Source: an uncultured bacterium
Lineage (GTDB): Bacteria; Cyanobacteriota; Vampirovibrionia; Gastranaerophilales; Gastranaerophilaceae
Length of the DNA stretch: 64,000 nucleotides
NCBI GenBank assembly: GCA_902777605.1
Contig: CACYUI010000002.1
Span: forward strand, 33,337 to 97,336
Reading direction: 5' to 3'
The notes beneath the pieces were generated by a model. The model searched no databases. It was not told the origin of the DNA and saw only the letters and a list, made by a program, of their open reading frames with translations. Position 1 is the stretch's first letter. Each line of letters begins with the position of its first letter. Made by a program: the position numbers and the translations under genes. Positions 57,533 through 64,000 of this stretch are shown here, piece after piece.

Positions 57533-58645
57533 CTATGAGAAGATACCGAATGTTCTTTCGATATTATCCTCAATAACTTTTTTGACAGAATCATACTCAG
57601 TTTTGAGAGCTGATCTTTCGGTTTCAAGTTTTGATAAATCCATATCAAATCTTTTATCTTTTTGGTCAATTTGTTTTCTTTTGTGTTCATACTCGGCTTC
57701 GGCTTTTGCATAAGCTGTTTTATCAATTGTTGTAGTTGCAACTTCTTCAAGACCTGAATCCGACGCAACAGTTGTAGCTTTGAACGAAACTTTACCTGTT
57801 TTAGAATCTCTTTCTGATACATCAACAATAATTTTTCCAGAACTAATCATTTGCTTTAACCATTCAGAATCATTTGCAGCATCACCGATTCCATCAATAC
57901 CATCAAATTCAGAAATTGCTACACATCCATTAGCTTGTTGAATTTCTTGGAAAATACGTACATAGTAATCAAATTCAGCGCTATCTTTGTCGGTAGGTTC
58001 ACCACCTATTGCATAATCATATACCTCACTGAAAGTGGAACTAAAGAATCTAAAATTGTATTCGTCTTCTAATGCTTGAAGTTTTTCTAAATCTTCATCA
58101 CTTATATCTTCATTATCACCATCTTCATCATATCCGATGTCTTCTTTGAATTTATCTATTTTACTTTGTATATTATCAAGATAAGATGTATTTTCTAATA
58201 AATCATACACATCCTCTTTTAATCCTATATAGTCATATTCATCTTCTATGTCAAACATAGCAAAAAGAGCAAATGCGTAAGGATCATTCTTATTAGCAGC
58301 AGAGCTATTTATAAAATCTTCATAATCTTCTTTTATCTGATCGGGAACAATAAGTCTACCCTTATCATCAATAAGTGCATATCTACCGTTTTTTGAATGA
58401 GGTACTACAAGTTCAGAACCATCAATTCCGCAAATATTATTAAAGTTAGCTGTAATTAAATTCCCTTGATAATCTTTAGCAACTAAAGTAGTAGCACTTG
58501 TAGCATTTAGGAAATCTTGGTATACCTGGTCTTCTTGTGTAGCCAGGGCAATCTTCGCGTTCTGAATACTTTGTGCTTGGTATTCAACGTCGTGCATTCT
58601 TGCTGTAATTGTTAGCAATCTAGCTTGCGATGCCGCCATTCCCAT
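57533..58645 (-). CDS. Lineage-specific helical protein (MGMAASQARLL family), 370 aa
   Basis: Start moved to ATG 58645 (AAGGA RBS); helical N-terminus MGMAASQARLLTITARM; helical C-terminus ending IERTFGIFS; acidic middle. Confidence 0.8.
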   Translation of the reverse strand: MGMAASQARLLTITARMHDVEYQAQSIQNAKIALATQEDQVYQDFLNATSATTLVAKDYQGNLITANFNNICGIDGSELVVPHSKNGRYALIDDKGRLIVPDQIKEDYEDFINSSAANKNDPYAFALFAMFDIEDEYDYIGLKEDVYDLLENTSYLDNIQSKIDKFKEDIGYDEDGDNEDISDEDLEKLQALEDEYNFRFFSSTFSEVYDYAIGGEPTDKDSAEFDYYVRIFQEIQQANGCVAISEFDGIDGIGDAANDSEWLKQMISSGKIIVDVSERDSKTGKVSFKATTVASDSGLEEVATTTIDKTAYAKAEAEYEHKRKQIDQKDKRFDMDLSKLETERSALKTEYDSVKKVIEDNIERTFGIFS

Positions 58646-58680
58646 AATTCTAATTTCCTTTTGTTGTCCCTTTGACATGT

Positions 58681-58743
58681 ATATCGGCATCTAAGGTTGA
58701 AAACTTTAGGATTTCACAGAATATTGTTACAAATCGTTACAAT
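58681..58743 (-). promoter_or_regulatory. Sigma28-type promoter with HLR1-like repeat
   Basis: TAAAGTTT-N12-GCCGATAT (58681-58708); HLR1 58726-58743 (GTTACAAA-tc-GTTACAAT) 17 nt upstream. Confidence 0.75.
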
Positions 58744-58803
58744 TGCATAAAAATTAAAACATGTTAAAACAAACAAAATGCAGTAATTACGGTATTTTTT
58801 AAT

Positions 58804-58835
58804 AAAAAAAACCGAGATAAAATGTTACCTCGGTT
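58804..58835 (-). terminator. Intrinsic terminator after rpoC2
   Basis: AACCGAG/CTCGGTT stem with a U-tract on the minus strand. Confidence 0.65.
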
Positions 58836-58864
58836 CTCTCTTAATATTATAATGTTACCATTAA

Positions 58865-61800
58865 CTATTCTTCGTTTTTATCACCCGCTGTAAGCTCAGG
58901 AGCACCAAACATACCTTCAATTTCTTCTAATATTGCAGAAGGTTTTCTTGCTTGGTTTCTTTGAGCAGCTCTTCTTTGAGCTTCTTTGTCTCTTTCTTCA
59001 CTTGCAAATGTTAGGTGATGGAAACCTGTACCGGCAGGAATTAATCTACCAATAATTACATTTTCCTTCAAGCCACGAAGCATATCTTTCTTACCATCAA
59101 CAGCAGCCTCGGTAAGAATTCTTGTAGTTTCTTGGAATGATGCTGCTGATATAAAGCTTTCAGTGTTCAATGAAGCTTTTGTTATACCTAACAACATATA
59201 TTCACAAGTTGCTTCTTGACCATCGTGTTCCTTAACAGCTTTATTTTCGTTCTCAAAAGTTTGAACTTCAACAAGCTCACCCGGAAGCAAGTTAGTGTCG
59301 CCAGAATCAACAACACGAACTTTCTTAGTCATTTGTCTTACGATGATTTCTACATGCTTATCAGCAATTTCTACACCTTGTGAACGATAAACCCGCTGTA
59401 CTTCATCTACTAAGTATTGTTGAGCTTCTTCCGGTCCACAGAGCCTTATAATATCATGCGGATTAAGAGGACCGCTTGTTAATGGCTGACCTTTCTTAAT
59501 TTTTTGACCATTTGTAACTACAATACTTGCATCAATTGCAAACTTAATTTCTGTAGAAGAACCTTCATCAGAAACAAGATACAATCTAGGAACATCATCT
59601 TCAATTTCAATTTTTGCAGTACCATCATATTCTGCTAAAATAGCACAATCTTTAGGTTTACGAGCTTCAAGAAGTTCTTCAACTCTCGGAAGACCTTGAA
59701 CGATATCACCTGTTTTTTCTCTTTCAAATACAAGTGATGCTAACATATCACCATGTTGTACCAAAGAGCCTTCTTCAACCTGTAACATAGTACCAGGGCT
59801 AATTAAGTATGGACGACCATTTCTGATGGTTACTGATTTAGCAGAAACATCAACTATCTTACCTGATACAGTAGCAGTTTCACCTGAACTTGCGATTTCT
59901 GTATCAAGTTTGATGAAATCACCCTTCTTAACTGAAGGTTTATCCTTTGTTGTAATTACAGTTTCGTAAGCTGCACTATTCAAAAGCAATCTTCTTGATT
60001 CAGAAACATCACCATTTATAGAAGCTGATCCGTCATTTAAAGCTAGAACATCAGTTTTTGCAACAGGAGTTTTTGCATCAATAACATCACCGTTCTTAAC
60101 TAAAAGTTCTGTTTGTAATGAACTGTTCAGTTTAGAATTACCTTCCAATTCACGACGAACAATTAATGTTTCAAGGACAACTATCTTTAAGCTGCCGGTT
60201 TCATCAAGTTCTACTAAGCCTTTTAAGTGAGATAGATAACCTTGCATTTGAAGAACTAAAGAAGTTCTTGTTAATGTTGCCCCATCAAGATTTCTAACTC
60301 TGGCACCATCTTTGTATTGTAATTGAGTTACAGGAACAATATTGATTAACTCATCAGTAGAATTAAATTTTATGTTAACATTCTTAGGCTCAATATACAT
60401 AGGTTGAACAGGTCTTACTAAAATTTGAATAGGCTTGTCCTCAATTGATTCATCTTCAAGTGAAGTTGTATCGATTTCTTCATCCAAATCATCGATATCT
60501 AAGTCATCAAAATCCATTTCCATTATAGAAACTATTGATGTTTCTTTCGCCTTAATACCCTTAGCAATTTGTGTTCCTGCTTCAAGTACAGCGCCTTCTT
60601 CAACTTTTAGTTCAGACATACTTGAAAGAGTATGCACTTCTCCTGGTCTAACTGTAATTTCATGAATTGCCCCATTGAATTCTTTGAACTCAACAATACC
60701 ATCAATATGGCAATAAACATCTTTTACAACTTCAGTACCAGCTGTTACAAAAGTTCCGTTTTCAACCATTCTTAAAGAAACATCTTTATTAATTTGATGA
60801 ACTTCTTCTGGCACAAAAACGATATTACCAGGTTTTGTAACAATTTGATTATCATCAACTTCAATATCTACATATTTAATTTCACCTGATGAAGATACAG
60901 AACATTCATCGTCGATAAGTTCTGCAATAATCATACCGTTTTCAACAGTTGTATCAACAGGAGCTTTAACAATATATTTCTCATCAGACTTTTTAACAGT
61001 CCAAAGTTGTTCTTTTTTAGTTTGTTCAAATTTAGCATTTGAAGGAGCAAGTGAAGCGATAACAATTGTTATTTCTTTACCTGAAACAATCTTATTGATT
61101 TTATTCTTACCCGATTTAATTTCTTCAACTACTAAATCTTCACCATATCTTACTTCGCCACCGTGTTCAGATATTATAAGAGTTTCAGCAAGTCTATCAC
61201 CGGCTTTAACTTTTTGTTCATCTTTTACAAGAACTTTAGATCCGCCCGGAAGATTATAAACATCACCGCCGATTACCCAAACAATACCATTTTTATTTGC
61301 TGTTCTTGAAATATTACCTTGTCTGTCTTTCTTTTCATCAGCAACAAAATCTTCAAATAATACCATACCTGAAATATCAGCATTAATATCTTTTGTAGCT
61401 TTTTCTGTTAAACGAGATTCATTTGATGATGGCTTAAATTCAGCAAGTTTATAATTCTTATCAATTTTTTGACCATCTTCAAAAAATACTGTTGCACCAG
61501 CAGGAATATGAACTTTTTCAGACTTTTTACCTGAAACAATTTCAATATCTGCTTCATAGATAGAAACTCTAACAACATCGCCGTGACGAGTTCTTAATTC
61601 TCTTGTCTTAATTTTTGATGAAATTGTACCTGCAGAAGCTGCATGAATTTCTTTAGTAGCTTCTTTTACACCAACAGCACCGCCTGTGTGGAATGTTCTC
61701 ATTGTTAACTGAGTACCAGGCTCACCAATTGATTGAGCAGCAATAATACCAATTGCTTCACCAACATCTACAAGTTTTTGAGAAGTTAGTGCCCAACCAT

Positions 61801-62719
61801 AACATTTTTGACAAACACCATATTCAAGTCCGCAAGTTAATCCTGAACGAACTTTTAACTCGGTAAGATTCAAGTGAGAAATTTTCTTAATATCTTTTCT
61901 GTCCATTGTTGTATTTTTAGCAACAAGAAGTGTCTTACCATCTTCATCAAAAATATCTTGAGCAACTGTTCTTCCTAATAATCTGTCTAATAACGGAACG
62001 ATTATTGCATCACCATCCATAATAGGCTTCATATTGATGTATTTTTCACCACCACAATCTTCTGCACGAATAATAACATCTTGTGCTACATCTACAAGTC
62101 TTCTTGTCAAATATCCTGAGTCAGCTGTTTTAAGTGCTGTATCTACAAGACCTTTTCTTGCACCATATGATGAAATAATGTATTCGGTAACTGACAAACC
62201 TTCTTTAAAGTTAGATGTAATAGGTAAGTCGATAATTTGACCTTGCGCATCTGCCATCAAACCTCTCATACCGACTAACTGTGATACCTGAGACAAGTTA
62301 CCTCTTGCACCAGAGAATGCCATCATATATACAGGATTTAATTTATCAAAGTTCTCAACAACTTGTTCTGTTAACTTTGCAGTTGTTTCAGACCAAGTAT
62401 CAATAACCTTTGTATATCTTTCAACTTCGGTAATTTCACCTTTTAAATATCTGTGTGTTGACTTTTCAATTTCTTTTTCAGCTTCTGCTAAAAGTTCTTT
62501 TTTGGTATCAGGAACTGACAAGTCAGAAATAGAAATTGTAACACCTGATTGAGTTGCCATTTTATAACCCAAGTTCTTCAGAGTATCAGCCAAATCAGCT
62601 GTTTTTGCTCCGCCGTATTCCAAATAGATTTGAGCCAGCAACTTATTCAAACCCTTTTTATCCATCTGCTTGTTGATGAATTCTGGAGTATGAGTTTTAT
62701 GTGTGTAAGTATTTTCCAT
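58865..62719 (-). CDS. rpoC2: RNA polymerase beta'' subunit (C-terminal part of split beta')
   Basis: GARKGLVDTALKTADSGYLTRRL, IGEPGTQLTMRTFH, large SI3 insertion, DIVQGLPRVEELLEAR, LKENVIIGRLIPAGTG. Confidence 0.97.
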   Translation of the reverse strand: MENTYTHKTHTPEFINKQMDKKGLNKLLAQIYLEYGGAKTADLADTLKNLGYKMATQSGVTISISDLSVPDTKKELLAEAEKEIEKSTHRYLKGEITEVERYTKVIDTWSETTAKLTEQVVENFDKLNPVYMMAFSGARGNLSQVSQLVGMRGLMADAQGQIIDLPITSNFKEGLSVTEYIISSYGARKGLVDTALKTADSGYLTRRLVDVAQDVIIRAEDCGGEKYINMKPIMDGDAIIVPLLDRLLGRTVAQDIFDEDGKTLLVAKNTTMDRKDIKKISHLNLTELKVRSGLTCGLEYGVCQKCYGWALTSQKLVDVGEAIGIIAAQSIGEPGTQLTMRTFHTGGAVGVKEATKEIHAASAGTISSKIKTRELRTRHGDVVRVSIYEADIEIVSGKKSEKVHIPAGATVFFEDGQKIDKNYKLAEFKPSSNESRLTEKATKDINADISGMVLFEDFVADEKKDRQGNISRTANKNGIVWVIGGDVYNLPGGSKVLVKDEQKVKAGDRLAETLIISEHGGEVRYGEDLVVEEIKSGKNKINKIVSGKEITIVIASLAPSNAKFEQTKKEQLWTVKKSDEKYIVKAPVDTTVENGMIIAELIDDECSVSSSGEIKYVDIEVDDNQIVTKPGNIVFVPEEVHQINKDVSLRMVENGTFVTAGTEVVKDVYCHIDGIVEFKEFNGAIHEITVRPGEVHTLSSMSELKVEEGAVLEAGTQIAKGIKAKETSIVSIMEMDFDDLDIDDLDEEIDTTSLEDESIEDKPIQILVRPVQPMYIEPKNVNIKFNSTDELINIVPVTQLQYKDGARVRNLDGATLTRTSLVLQMQGYLSHLKGLVELDETGSLKIVVLETLIVRRELEGNSKLNSSLQTELLVKNGDVIDAKTPVAKTDVLALNDGSASINGDVSESRRLLLNSAAYETVITTKDKPSVKKGDFIKLDTEIASSGETATVSGKIVDVSAKSVTIRNGRPYLISPGTMLQVEEGSLVQHGDMLASLVFEREKTGDIVQGLPRVEELLEARKPKDCAILAEYDGTAKIEIEDDVPRLYLVSDEGSSTEIKFAIDASIVVTNGQKIKKGQPLTSGPLNPHDIIRLCGPEEAQQYLVDEVQRVYRSQGVEIADKHVEIIVRQMTKKVRVVDSGDTNLLPGELVEVQTFENENKAVKEHDGQEATCEYMLLGITKASLNTESFISAASFQETTRILTEAAVDGKKDMLRGLKENVIIGRLIPAGTGFHHLTFASEERDKEAQRRAAQRNQARKPSAILEEIEGMFGAPELTAGDKNEE

Positions 62720-62752
62720 TTTTATATTTCCTCAATTTCTCTATTTTATTGC

Positions 62753-62812
62753 GTAGAGTGTGGTTTTAACCGCACCGATTATCTTTGCGGCGCATCAAAC
62801 GATGCACCCTAC
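62753..62812. repeat. Inverted pair of GTAG-tagged REPs (REPIN-like)
   Basis: GTAGAGTGTGG-TTTTAA-CCGCACC facing GGCGCATC-AAAC-GATGCACCCTAC between rpoC1 and rpoC2. Confidence 0.65.
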
Positions 62813-62814
62813 AA

Positions 62815-64000
<1,186 letters not shown>

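Noticed and set aside
11629-58690. ORF-track starts at 11629, 14826, 25992, 27506, 29799, 40717 and 58690
   Set aside because: Downstream ATGs (11680, 14787, 25965, 27560, 29838, 40750, 58645) have RBSs and match family N-termini; several extensions overlap promoter elements

Overview
AT-rich chromosomal window (genetic code 11) from a non-photosynthetic Cyanobacteria relative, most likely Melainabacteria/Gastranaerophilales. This is an inference from the split rpoC1/rpoC2, LptF/G, the absence of photosynthesis genes, and PPDK. Most of the window is housekeeping: ppdK, glmU, rpmG-tRNA-Trp-secE-nusG-rplK-rplA, leuS, tRNA-Val, hup, folD, uvrA, gatA, rpoC1/C2, ftsEX, an oligopeptide ABC transporter and DAHP synthase. 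It also holds a long Alu-containing SRP RNA that the ORF track misses. The main unexplained signal is a candidate regulon and export system with four parts. (1) A stand-alone flagellar-type export gate, fliP-fliQ-fliR-flhB-flhA plus a PilZ gene. (2) Five perfect copies of the cyanobacterial HLR1 (RpaB-type) direct repeat, each at a fixed distance upstream of a lineage-specific gene with no signal peptide. (3) Two promoter classes under those boxes: sigma28-like TAAAGTTT-N11/12-GCCGATA, and an unnamed TG(A/C)AATT...TACTTTATATATA class. (4) Two target proteins that share conserved N- and C-terminal helices around a variable middle, which resembles flagellin architecture. Several palindromic repeat systems are also present: a GIY-YIG nuclease enclosed by TGTC-tagged inverted repeats, a palindromic repeat inserted in frame in an LD-carboxypeptidase, GTAG-type REPs with covarying stems, and hairpin-interrupted partial copies of tRNA-Val on both sides of the real gene. 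No database searches were run. Product calls come from motif recognition in the translations.
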